A DNA stretch of 64,000 bases from Okamejei kenojei (Eukaryota): the NCBI GenBank assembly GCA_035221665.1, contig CM069140.1, positions 41,664,001 to 41,728,000 of the forward strand, read 5' to 3'. Shown here piece by piece: positions 1 through 11,049 of the stretch. Every line of letters begins with the position of its first letter. Position 1 is the stretch's first letter. The notes under the pieces are model-generated. The model did not search any database, was not told the origin of the DNA, and saw nothing but the letters and a program-made list of their open reading frames with translations. The position numbers were made by a program, and so were the translations under genes.

Positions 1-892
1 GTGCTGGGCCCGTTACTGTTCGTCATCTACATCAATGATTTGGATGTGAACATACAGGGCACGATTAGCAAGTTTGCTGATGATACAAAAGTGAGCGGTT
101 TTGCAGATAGTGAAGATGGTTGTGAACGATTGCAGCAGGATCTGGATCGATTGGCCAGGTGGGCTGAGGAATGGTTGGTGGAATTTAATGCAGTGAAATG
201 TGAGGTGTTGCATTTTGGGATGTCGAACAAGGGCAGGACCTACCCAGTAAATGTTAGGCCTCTGGATCGTTTTGTAGAGCAGAGGGATCTAGGGATACAA
301 GTGCATGGTTCCATGAAGGTCGAGTCGCAGGTTGATAAGGTGGTCAAAAAGGCTTTTGTAATTTTGGCCATCAGTCAGAGTATTGAGTATAGAAGTTGGG
401 AGGTCATGTTACAGTTGTATAGGACGTTGGGGAGACTGCATTTAGAATATTGTGTTCTGTTCTGGGCACCATGTTATAGGAAAGATATTGTCAAGCTTGT
501 AACGATTCAGAAAATATTTACAAAGATGCTGCCAGAACTAGAGGGTGTGAGCTATAGGGAGAGGTTGAGTAGGCTGGGTTTCTATTCCATGGAGCACAGG
601 AGGATGAGGGAAGCTTATAGAGGTATACAAAATCATGATAGGAATAGATCCGGTAGATTCACATAGTCTTTTGCTCAGAGTAGGGGAATCGAGGATCAGA
701 GGATAAAGGTGAAGAGGAAAAGATTTAATAGGAATCCGAGGGTAACTTTTTCACACAAAGGTTGGTAGGTGCATGGAACAAGCTGCCAGAGGAGGTAGTT
801 GAGACTGGGACTATCCCATCATTTAAGAAACAGTTAGACAAGTACATGGATAGGACAGGTTTGGAGGGATGTGACTATGCGCAGGCAAGTGC
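1..892 (+). mobile_element. CR1/HER1-type LINE 3' part (RT C-terminus), interrupted by the Gypsy insertion; tail resumes at 10769
   Basis: ORF 1..666 has LGPLLFVIYINDLD, SKFADDTK, HLEYCV.FW.P motifs typical of CR1 ORF2; 3' UTR is cut at GCAGGCAAGTGC and continues after 10768. Confidence 0.92.
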
Positions 893-1000
893 TGTGATAT
901 CTTATGCTCAGACACAGAATACGAGATGACTCACTGGTGACCGGAACTTGACTGCACAGTGTACTGTGGTGTATTCAATCATTTACAATCCTCCGACCAA
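893..1000 (-). repeat. 3' LTR of the Gypsy element (lacks about 16 nt at its inner end)
   Basis: Near-identical to 10640-10747; runs directly into CTCCTCCCACCT (minus strand AGGTGGGAGGAG, PPT). Confidence 0.9.
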
Positions 1001-2799
1001 CTCCTCCCACCTTAATGAAAAAATTATCGCCTTGTTGACATTTTTTTGAATATAACATTGTTGACATTTTTTAATATAATAAAATGGTATGAATTTATTA
1101 CAATCATGTCTGATAGTTCACTTTTATATAACCTGAATGAAATTAGCGCATAATTCATATATGTTGCAAATACAATGATATGTGCATTTCACAAAATAAC
1201 CTTCACAAATTAAACCTAACCACTGAGTTTCTCTTCATTTCTGCATATATTCCCTGACCAAAGTTTCTGACTGTTTAAAACCACATGGACTCATTTTTGA
1301 TCTACATTCACAGATTCCATTCTATCAGTCAATTTAACTTCGGAGTCACGTGTGACTACGTGAAGAAGGCCGTCAACCCGCTGCTCCTGCCAGCGATAAG
1401 TTTAAACCTGCAAGGTAAATTTAAAACTTATTTCTAGGTTTTGTTTTTTGTTGCAGGAAGCACCTTATAGTGTTTACCTGCTGGATTCGGGGCGAAGTCG
1501 GACGGGCCATGGGGAAACTGGTTATGGACCGTGGGAAGATCCCGGTCCGGACCACGGAAGCGCGGGTAGCCGGCGGCCGTCGGGTTCGCTTCCCAAGTCG
1601 CTGACAAGGAGGTCAGTGAAAACCAGGAGGGAAGTGCGAGTGGTGGTTCCCCAAGAAAGGGGGTAGACCAAGAGAAAGTTGGTCTCGCTACCCCAGTTGC
1701 TGACAATGGGGTCAGCAGCTCCAAGACCGCTATGGTTCCCCCAGAAAAGGGATAATACTAGCAGTAAGCCGGTCTCGCCACCCGAGTCACTGACAGTGCG
1801 GCCAGCGGCTCCCAGACCGCTATGGTGCCCCAGAGACGGGGTCAAACTACGAGGAAGCCAGTCAGGCCTTGGGACTCGGACGAGTCGGGCCAGGAGGGTT
1901 CCCCTCCTTCAATGGGTAGCGTCTGCAGACGCCTAAACCCACATGGAGCACCTGATGGAGAGGTGCTCCACAATGATATACTCCAAAGGAGGGAGTTATC
2001 AGCGCTGGTCTCCTCGGGGGCCCATGGCAGCGGCACCTTTTTCAGGGCTGCACAATGTCTCCCTCTCTGAGGAGGGGAGCATTCAGGGTCAGTTTAAGTC
2101 TGACCCAGAGCAAAAATCCTGATGTAGGTCCGAAGGAGGGGCCATGTCAGTGCAGGTATCAGGTATCCTCAGGGGCCTGCGGCAGCACCTGTTTACGAAT
2201 CTCCCTCTTTGTGGAGGGGAGTGCGAGGAAATACTCGCAAGTGAAGGGGTTACTGTCGGAAGAATTGGTTCCAGCCGTAGGCAGAAAACCCAGAAGAGGC
2301 CAGAGTTCCCCTCACGCTACGTTCCGGCAGTGAACAGAGCTATCAGGGGTAACATTGGAAGGGGCATGAAATCCAGGAAATGAAACCATCCGCCAAATCT
2401 TCTCTTCAGGTAAGACTTATCGAAAAGGTATACCTGGGTGAGGAAGCAAGCATGGGGGGCGACGACACCCCCCACGCCTCATCAGCAGTAAGCAGTTCAC
2501 TGAAGCTGGTGGCAGCTTGAAAGCTGGGCAGAGGTCTTTCAGGCCAAGGTCCAAGCCGGTTTCAGGAAATATGGAATGCACATACACTACCATTCCTACT
2601 CTCCAATCAAGGAGGGGAATAGAACCCACATCAGGGGCCTTTGGGCTTACCATAAGAACAACGGTAACAATGGAGGTAGGTGGGTCTGGTTCTTCCGAAA
2701 CCACTTCTGAAGTGGACCATTTACAAGTTGGTAATATTTACACTTGTTTTTGTACAAATGACAATGATAACATGAGATTCAGATCAGTTATATACTAAA

Positions 2800-4460
2800 A
2801 TGATAACATGTGATGGGTTATTATTGCACAGTATACAAGGGTACCAAGCATGGCTTGGAATTAGGTACAGAGTTGTCTTTCGAGGCGGGCTCAGTATTAC
2901 GGCCAGGATTGCCTTCCGAGACAAGCTCGGAAATATGGCCAGAATTGTCTTTCGAGGCAGGCTCAGTATTACGGCCAGGATCGCCTTCCAAGACAAGCTC
3001 GGTAATATGGCCAGAGTTGTCTTTCGAGGCAGGCTCAGAATTATGGCTGGAGCAGTCTTTCAAGGCAGGCCCAGTATTATGGCCAGAGTTGTCTTTCGAG
3101 ATAGGCTCAGTATTATGGCCAGGATTACTTTTCGAGAGGCTCGGGAATCTGGCCAGAGTTGTCGTTCAAGGCAAGCACGGAATTATGGCAGGCATGGCCT
3201 GTTCATTGTGAAAGATGGAGGATGTCGGTCATAATTGTTTTAACTCCCATCTGCAACATAGACGTTTAGGATATGGAACTTCGTTACTGTCTAACTACTG
3301 ATTTCCTTAGGATCTTTATGGCATGTATCGATCTCAAAGATGCATACTATTCAGGTCCCATTCACAGGGCTCACTGGAGACATTTGAAATTGATCTGGAT
3401 GATATTTCTAACACTGTGTTTTGCTAAAGTCAACTGTTTCAGCTGCAACTATATTTGAGGAATTGAGGTTCCTCAGCCATCCAGTCAAATTTAAGTTGAT
3501 AACAACTAGAGTTATTCGTATTTACCTTTAACTATTAATTTACCTGTGACTCCGCCCTGGGGCAACAGATTGGAATCAATAGAAGCCTGTAACAACCTTG
3601 TTATCAAGCAGTCTTCTAGTCATCATGTGTAATGGGCAATAAAGCAGCTGTGTTTCAGCTGGGCCTTTACATTATCAGAACTTACAAAGTAGTAACCTCT
3701 CAAGTGCCATATAGGTCATTTTTAAAGACCTATGCTATTACCAGCTGAAGCTACCAGTCACAATGGTGAACAAACTATATTCAGCATTGCTCCAGTAGTT
3801 TTGGTCAATAAATCTTCAGTTATATTACAAACAGATGTTAGTGCTCAAAGATGGAAAATTATGAATACCATCTCTAGAAACGGAGGCGGATGGGATTTGC
3901 ATGAAACACCAATTCATCAGTTATTGGTATCAACTACCTATAGACACTAGGTGCATACTTTGGGTTAAAGGGTTATTGTGCGAATATGCATAATCTGCAT
4001 GGTCAGTTCCAAGTTGATACACTGTGGTGGTGGCATATGTTAGTCACATGGGTGCAATCAAGTCAAAGTATCCTGTCATAATTTACCCAACCTCATTTGG
4101 CGCTGGTGTATCATCACGTAAAATCAGTGACAACACAGAATGAATGCTGGATCACAAAGTATTTTGTGATATTATGGCTCGATGGCACACCCAATATCGA
4201 TATGTTTGCATCCAGGCTCATTCACCAGTTGTAAAAACATTTGGCATCACAGTGGCGAGAGATACATTCTCGCTACACGGGGGAGGAATGTTCTTTTATG
4301 TGGTTTCTCCATTTTACCTCATCAGTCGGGTCTTACAATAAATTCAGCAAGATCCAACTTCAGGGTTCTCGTACTGTCTGACTGGCCTATGCAGCCATGG
4401 TTTCCCGCAAATGTTGGGAATAATAATAGAACCTTATATGGGGTTTCTAAACATAAAACT
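2800..4460 (+). pseudogene. DIRS RT / RNase H / DNA N6-adenine methyltransferase-like ORF, disrupted
   Basis: ITCD...SIQGY and KDGGCR (2800-3234), MACIDLKDAYYSGPIH (3273-3458), VILQTDVSAQRW (3732-3950), GTPNIDMFASRL and FYVVSPFYLISRVLQ (about 4184-4341); many stops and frameshifts. Confidence 0.8.
2865..3186. repeat. 36-bp minisatellite, 9 units, with alternating A/B (72-bp) higher-order structure
   Basis: Consensus GGCCAGAGTTGTCTTTCGAGGCAGGCTCAGTATTAT; units start at 2865, 2901, 2937, 2973, 3009, 3045, 3081, 3117, 3151. Confidence 0.93.
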
Positions 4461-4539
4461 TTGCTTGTTCAACCTGGGACTCGGGGAACTAGCCTCTGCA
4501 TGATTAATCAATTAATTGCTTTACAGACTCTGAGAAGAC

Positions 4540-5450
4540 CATTCCTGCGGCTCGGGTTGTCAGACCGATCAATGTATGTGCTCACTGCAGAGTGCAGGGA
4601 TAGCACCAAAAAAGCAGTACATTGCCTCTTCAGGAGATGGGAAGCGTTCTGTTTAAATGCTATGTTACATTTAATATGGCACAGACACTGACATCTTAGA
4701 GTTCATTTTCTAATGGGTCCTTGACAATAAATTAAGTTATAGTCCCATTAACTGTGCCCAACGTGCTTCTCATCATATTTGCTGCAGCGAGCGGGACCTG
4801 CTCTGTCGGGTCTCACCCTCTGATGTCCAGTTTATTAAGGATATCATTAACACAAGTTCTCCCAGACCCAAGTACATGTAAGTATGGGACATTGACAATG
4901 TGTTAACACTTCTTCACCACGGGGCTACAGCTATATCCCTACCTTTGGTTATCTCTCATAAGGTGGTTATCCCCCTGGCGCTGTCCTCAGTGCACGGGTC
5001 CAGTCATTACATAAATTGCGATTGGACATGATGGTTATACCTGCTATATATAATATTTCTTATTTACGATTTAAGCAGGGCAGCCCAGGGTTGTCAGGTC
5101 TCAAACTAGTTCTCATGGCATACCCCATGCACCTACAGTTATGTGTGGTCACACATTTACAACATTACGTCAAGGTCATCTAGAGCCTTAGAGGCTCTGA
5201 TACTAGCTCTGTTTGTTAGTTACGAAAAATAAACAAAAAAAAACCTCATAAGAAGGTATCAGTTCAGACCATCTCCAGGTGATTAATACGGGGTTTTGGC
5301 TTATACAGGAGTAGATACTAATTTCTAATCTCACTCCACCAGGGCTGCTACAACATCAGCAGCAAGGATTATGTACGGTCCTCTGGACCACATCCTGCCG
5401 ACTGCAGGATGGTCTAACGATCGAGGTTTCCAACATTTTATTTTAACCCA
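4540..5450 (+). pseudogene. DIRS tyrosine recombinase ORF, disrupted
   Basis: GLSDRS..VL...RDSTKK start, PRPKY..VWD near 4860-4890, SHSTRAATTSAA near 5329-5364, DHILPTAGWSN..F box II. Confidence 0.8.
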
Positions 5451-5681
5451 TAGCCATGCCAGGGGTATTTGCCAACTCTATTTTAGATTCTATTTTTTAG
5501 TTTTCCCTCAGATGAGAGGGGTTACTGTTATTATTATTTGTTCATTTATCAGCATCAGCATGTTTTAAATCTATGTCATGTCTTTATGCATTATGAATGT
5601 TTCCCTTATCTGTGGTCAACTGATGCAGTCGTGCTTGTGTGGACTCGTTTTTCCACAGCATGAAATCACAGAGCTTCAAAA

Positions 5682-5791
5682 TCTTCACGTAGTCACTCAC
5701 GTGACTCCGAAGTAAAATAGTAAGATTAAACGAGAACTTACTAGTTTGAAGTTTGATCTTTATTTTATGAGGAGTTACGATGAGCGATTAC
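5682..5791. repeat. DIRS internal complementary region (ICR)
   Basis: 5682-5718 is the reverse complement of the element's left end (about 1332-1368); 5719-5791 is the reverse complement of the right end (5943-6015). Confidence 0.92.
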
Positions 5792-6149
5792 CTGCCCTCC
5801 GCTCCCAACCCTCCTATCATAAAGATCATCTGGTAGTTCTAGTCATCTCTAATCTTACTATGTTAGTTCAACAACTGTTATATGTGATTTCACACCACTG
5901 CTTTGAAGATTGACGTACATGCGGGCTGATGGCCTTCTTCACGTAATCGCTCATCGTAACTCCTCATAAAATAAAGATCAAACTTCAAACTGGTAAGTTA
6001 TCATTTAATCTTACTTTTTTGTTGGCCTGTCAACCACACTTGAACCTCCATTTTCAGGCTGGTTCAAACTCTCACTATCTTGTGTACCTTCTTGTGCCAT
6101 TTCTGGTTCATCCGTTGGCACCTGTACTTGATTGGTAACCAAATTATCT

Positions 6150-9016
6150 GACTCGTCTAATTAATCTTGTTGCCAACCTGTCTGTGCTTGCATAGGCATG
6201 ACATGGTCAATGTGTACTTTTCTCACCTTCCTATTTCTAAACATCTTGACCATGTCCGTGGTCGCACTTTCTCACTACTCTTCCAGGTAACCACTTGTGA
6301 TGATGGTTTTTTACCTTTACCTTCTGATTCAACTCAACACTGCTTTGCTTTACTCTCCTTCTGTCATGTTTCTCCTGTTTCTCTTCTACTGTTTGAGCCA
6401 AGTTTGGTTTCAACAATGAAAACCTTGTTCTCTCTTCAAGAACAGTTCAGCTGTTATTTGATCAGTAGTGGTGTGAGGTGTGTTTCGACATGTAATCAGA
6501 AAGTTAGCCAGTTTGTGAGACAGACACAACTGTCTTTTCTTTGGATTTGGATCCAGCAGTTGTTTGACTAATGTACGCTTCACAATTTGCACTGTGCGTT
6601 CTGCTGCTCCATTTGAAGTGGGATGGTATGAAGCGACTCTTACACCATTCCCTTTCATGAATTGTGCAAACTCTTGTGAGCAGAATTGAGGTCCATTATC
6701 AGACACAATTAACTCTGGAAATCCAAAGGACACAAACAATCCTCACAAAATGTCTATTGTTTTGCTGGATGTTGTTTTGTTTGTTGGAAACACCTCAACC
6801 CACTCGGTGTGACTATCAATCACAATGAACAATTGTTGTCCATCTAACTCTGCAAAGTCAAAGCAGTTGATTCTTTCCAACTGCTTGACATGTGCTACAC
6901 TCTTTCACCATTTGTTCTATGTCCTTATCTCGACCAGGCCACCACAGATAGCTTATAGTTAGACTCTGTTAGACATGCTGATCATGAAGATCTCCTAGCA
7001 ATTTTATTCTGTATTTTACAGAGAACTCTCGCTCACCACATAACACACCCTTGGTCTACTGAGAGTTCGTTCTTACGTACAAAGAATGGTTTCAGTTCTG
7101 CCTCTGAATCCGGCAATTTGTTTGGCCATCCATTTGTAACATATTCCTGCACTCTTGACAAAAGTCTGTCAGTGTGAGTAGCCTTCCGAATGCCCCTGAT
7201 ATGATAGGTAACTCATCTACATGAGAGAAATAAAACAAGTCATCTCTGTTTGGGGTAACTTGTGATTCCAAAGGTAATCTAGACATCGCGTCAGCATTGC
7301 TGTGCTCTGCTGCCTTACGATACTGAATACCATACTGGCATGCAGACAACATCAATGCCCTTCTTTGCATTCTGGCTGTTGCCAGAGTAGGTGTGTGCGC
7401 TTTTGGATTTAGGATCACTGTCAATGGTTGGTGATCTGTCTCGATTACAAACCTTCTACAATACAAGTATTTGTGAAATCTCCTAATGTCAAAAATCAAT
7501 GCAAGAGCCTCTCGCTCTATTTGCGCATAATTTCTCTCACTGGCAATGAGTGTTCTAGACGCAAATGCTATTGGCCGCTCCTCTCCATTTTCTAGCACAT
7601 GAGAGATCACATCACCAATACTGTATGGTGAAGCATCATATGCTAACCTCATTGGCTTATTGACATCGTAATGAACAAGCATTGTACTCTCTGCCAAGTG
7701 AGCGTTACATGTCATGAAAGCTTGGTCACATTCATGTGTCCACTTCCATGGTACATCTTTTCTCAAGAGCTCATTCAAGGGATGTAAACAGGTGGACAGA
7801 TTTGACACGAAGTTCCCATAATAATGCACTAATCCTAAAAAGGATCGGATCTCAGAGATGTTTCTGGGAGTGGACGTGTTCTTGATCGCATCAACTTTAC
7901 CCTTGGTGGGGTGTAGACTATCCTTGTCTACCTTATGACCCAAGTACTTTACCGAATTCTGAAAGAACTCACACTTCTGTGCCTTCACTCTTACACTGTG
8001 TGTTTCAAGGCATTTGAGTACCACTTCCAACCTTTCATCATGTGTCTGCCTGTCAAGGGCTGAGATGTGGATGTCATCCAAGTAACACACCACACCTTCA
8101 AATCCCTCTAGAATTTGTGTCATCACCCCTTGAATCGCTGGACCTGATGATATACCAAATGGGAGCCTATTGAACTGAAACAATCCCAAATGCGTATTGA
8201 TAGTCAGCTTGGATATAGATTCGTCATCTTCTACTAACTGCAAGTAGGCATTGGTCAAGTCCATTTTTGTGAAGACTTGGCCGCCTGTGAGGGTGCTAAA
8301 CAAATCCTCTGCCTTTAGTAGGGTATCTGGTATGCTACCTTCAAGTACCTGGTTTATGGTTACCTTATAATCCCCACAAAGTCTAACACTACCATCAGGT
8401 TTCGGTACAACTACAATGGGTGTTGCCCATTCACTACTTTCTACCTTACTGATAATGTTCAGAGCCTCAAGTTTTTTCAGTTCTTTCTCAACGTTGTCCT
8501 TAAGTGCATATGGCATGGCCCGGGGTTTGCAATACACTGGTGTCACATCCTGCTTCACGCATATTTTCGCCTTGTACCCCTTGATTGGCTCTCCCTGGTC
8601 GCTGAACACCTTCGGATGTTGCTCGATTGCATCCTCTGGGACACTTGAATTCTTCGTGAACGAAGAATATCTCGTTCCAGTTTAGATTCAAGATCTGCAA
8701 CCAATTTCTACCTAGCAAAGCAGGCTTATCTCCCTTTACAACTACGAGAGGCAACTCCGCCTGTTGCTCCTTTTACCTAACTAGTACCTGTACGCAACCT
8801 AATGCTGGAATTTTCTCTCCCGAGTAACCACATAGCCTGATTTGCTTTGCTTCCAAAGGACTTTGACAGCTTCTCCCGATCAACAAATTCTGGAATCACG
8901 CTCACAGATGCTCCTGTGTCAACTCCCATGCTAACATGAGCTCCATTCAACTGGACTTGCACGGACACATTCTTTGTCTTCCGGTTTATTAGCTCATTGC
9001 TGCCAATGGTGTACAT
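6150..9016 (-). pseudogene. Gypsy pol (protease-RT-RNaseH-integrase), frameshifted
   Basis: VDTGASVS protease (8777-9016); WATPIVVVPKPDGSVRLCGDYK, YLDDI, ERNYAQIEREAL (7092-8609); IVSDNGPQF and YHPTSNGAAERTV integrase (6410-6739). Confidence 0.92.
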
Positions 9017-9044
9017 GTCGAGAGGCTCTTCCTCTGCATGCAGT

Positions 9045-9639
9045 TTATCCGAGCGTCATCATGCGTCCGCACAGCCGTCTGGAGCACGTGTCGTCATTTG
9101 AAAATAGACACAAAATGCAGGAGTAATTCAGCGGGACCGGCAGCATCTCTGGAGAGAAGGAATGGATGATGTTTCGGGTCGAGACTCTTCTTCAGCCTGA
9201 AAAAGGGTCCTGGCCCGAAATGTCACCCATTGCTTCTCTCCAGAGATACTGCCAGTCCCACTGAGTTACCCCTGCATTTTGTGTCTATCTCCAATCGTCT
9301 TGGCCCCGCTCTGGGAGTAGGAGTAGGGGCGAATCCGGATCCGCAACGGCCGTGAGCCCCAGGCCAAGCTTGGCGATCACTTGCCTGCTTCTGCTGCTGT
9401 TGGAGGTGAGATGTTGTGCCGTGCCAGGGTGTCCCAGTTGGCCGTCATTTACGCGACAGGCCGGTGGTGAGCGAAGATTTCGTGCAGCACAAAATCGTGG
9501 CGCACTGCGCGATACCGCGTGCAACTCCACACTCTTCCACGGAACTCCATGCGCCCGTCCCGCATTACCCACACGCTACCCACACGCTATCCACATGCTA
9601 CCAGGTCACGTAAAATGATGGCCAAGTGGGACAGGCCCT
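9045..9639. mobile_element. PIF/Harbinger-type MITE fragment (right TIR only) at the Gypsy gag/pol junction
   Basis: Ends AGTGGGACAGGCCCT followed by TTA (9625-9642), the same TIR and TSD as the element at 17962-21835; CpG-rich body; no left TIR found. Confidence 0.7.
9105..9287. mobile_element. Palindromic (fold-back) non-autonomous element made of two inverted Penelope-type terminal repeats
   Basis: TAGACACAAAATGCAGG...CCTGCATTTTGTGTCTA, arms about 90 bp; the same repeat caps the GIY-YIG Penelope fragments at 40000 and 54417. Confidence 0.85.
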
Positions 9640-9642
9640 TTA

Positions 9643-10477
9643 CTTGTTGTTGAACCTTTGCTCTGCTTAGCCTTGCGACAAGCCTTCACTAGATGTCCCG
9701 TCTTGTGCCACGAGTAACACTCTGCCTTGAAGAACGGACAAGAGTGTGCTCGCTGTGAGCCCAAACAGCAATAGCATGACTTTGCAGTAGTCTTGCTACC
9801 CTTCCATGGATAACGATTCTCTGATGTTTTTGTCGACATGCGGCTTTGGTTTGCTGGACTGCAGCTTGTTCAACTCTTCCGCTGGTTGTCTAGAAGTTGT
9901 CCTTATTTCTCTAGAACCCCTCTCTGCCATATCCATTGACAAAGCAGTTTTACAAGTTGTTTCAAATGTCAGGTCATACACCATCATCAGCATACTTCGG
10001 ATCCACTCACTTCTCAGTCCACACACAAAACGGTCTCTTAACGCCTGATCTTGGAAATTTCCAAAATTACAATGAATTGATAACCTCGAGTGCCAGAATA
10101 AAATGATTAATGTCCTCCTCTGGAAGTTGGCATCTTGTTCTAAATCGATAGCTTTCAGCTATTTCTAAGGGCTAAGGGTCATAATGTTCTATTAACTTTT
10201 TAAGAATATCCTTCAAAGGTGTGTCCTTTGGTTTGGCTGGAGCTAACAAATTCTTAACTGTATTATAAACATCGGGATCCATTTCAGTGAGATAAATTGC
10301 TCTTTTCCTTGCTGGAGTTGCTTCATTCAAACATCTTGATTCCGCATCAGAAGCTTCTACTTCAGTAATGTTATTCGCAGCAAAATACATCTCTAAACGT
10401 TCGATGTATGCATGGAACGTTTCCCGGCTTTGCTGGAACTCACCCAATCGTCCGTTGTTCCCGCTGGGCACTGCCAT
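9643..10477 (-). pseudogene. Gypsy gag with CCHC zinc knuckles, disrupted
   Basis: ETFHAYIERLEMYFAAN (10172-10477), CGLRSEWIRSML (9796-10026), CYCC..H..C and CYSWHKTGHLVKAC knuckles (9606-9839). Confidence 0.85.
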
Positions 10478-10618
10478 TTTGGATTTCTAACAGTCTCACA
10501 GAATTCAAACTATGTGACCAGATTATCAGCTTTCCGTGACACCAAAAGTTATACAACCTTCTTTGTGCCTCTGTAGAATTCCTCATCTACACGACCAATT
10601 AAAGCTGGGAAATCCGCG

Positions 10619-10636
10619 ATCCCATCCTTGTCGCCA
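10619..10636 (-). promoter_or_regulatory. Primer binding site, likely tRNA-Ser(GCU)
   Basis: Minus strand TGGCGACAAGGATGGGAT, 3 nt from the 5' LTR; one mismatch to the complement of the vertebrate tRNA-Ser(GCU) 3' end ATCCCATCCTCGTCGCCA (recalled). Confidence 0.75.
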
Positions 10637-10639
10637 TTT

Positions 10640-10763
10640 TGTGATATCCTATGCTCAGACATAGAATACGAGTTGACTCACTGGTAACCGGAACTTGACT
10701 GCACAGTGTACTGTGGTTTATTCAATCATTTACAATCCTCCAACCAAGCGTGGCGCTATTACA
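10640..10763 (-). repeat. 5' LTR of the Gypsy element (124 bp)
   Basis: TGTGATATC...TATTACA; copy at 893-1000. Confidence 0.92.
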
Positions 10764-10768
10764 AGTGC

Positions 10769-10841
10769 GACTAGGGTAGCTGGGACATTGTTGGCCGGTG
10801 TGGCCTGTTTCCACACTGTATCACTGTATGACTATGACTCT
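10769..10841 (+). mobile_element. Remaining 3' tail of the CR1 at 1-892
   Basis: GACTAG...GGCCTGTTTCCACACTGTAT followed by a TATGAC microsatellite tail. Confidence 0.8.
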
Positions 10842-11024
10842 AGGGTCAATGTACATACCCCAATCAACCTACAAACCTGCACATCTTTGGAGCAGCCAGA
10901 TAAATTCCACGTGGTCACAGGGAGAATGTGCAAACTCCACATGGACTACACCCGAGGTCTGGATCTAAACCAGGTCCCTGGCAATGTGAGGAACAACATT
11001 ACCCGCTGCACCACTGTGCCACCT
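10842..11024 (-). mobile_element. HE1-type SINE, degraded and partial
   Basis: CAATCAACCTACAAACCTGCACATCTTTGGAG ... ACCCGCTGCACCACTGTGCC matches the other SINE copies in the window. Confidence 0.75.
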
Positions 11025-11049
11025 CTGAATACTGCCTATCAATAAACTC

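Larger units (their letters stand above)
1333..6016 (+). mobile_element. DIRS1-like tyrosine-recombinase retrotransposon (decayed), inserted in the Gypsy 3' region
   Basis: Left terminus TACGTGAAGAAGGCCGTCAACCCGC (1357-1381) is inverted at 5921-5945; internal complementary region 5682-5791; remnants of RT (CIDLKDAYYS), RNase H (LQTDVS), MTase (IDMFASRL) and YR (HSTRAATTSAA). Confidence 0.93.
893..10763 (-). mobile_element. Ty3/Gypsy LTR retrotransposon, full span but decayed, with nested insertions
   Basis: Direct repeats 893-1000 and 10640-10763 (TG...CA outer ends), 5-bp TSD AGTGC at 888-892 and 10764-10768, PBS at 10619-10636, polypurine tract at 1001-1012, minus-strand gag-PR-RT-RH-IN order. 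Confidence 0.95.

Noticed and set aside
2865-3186. CRISPR-like array (36-bp palindromic repeats)
   Set aside because: Units are head-to-tail with no unique spacers, there are no cas genes, and the context is vertebrate; it is a minisatellite.
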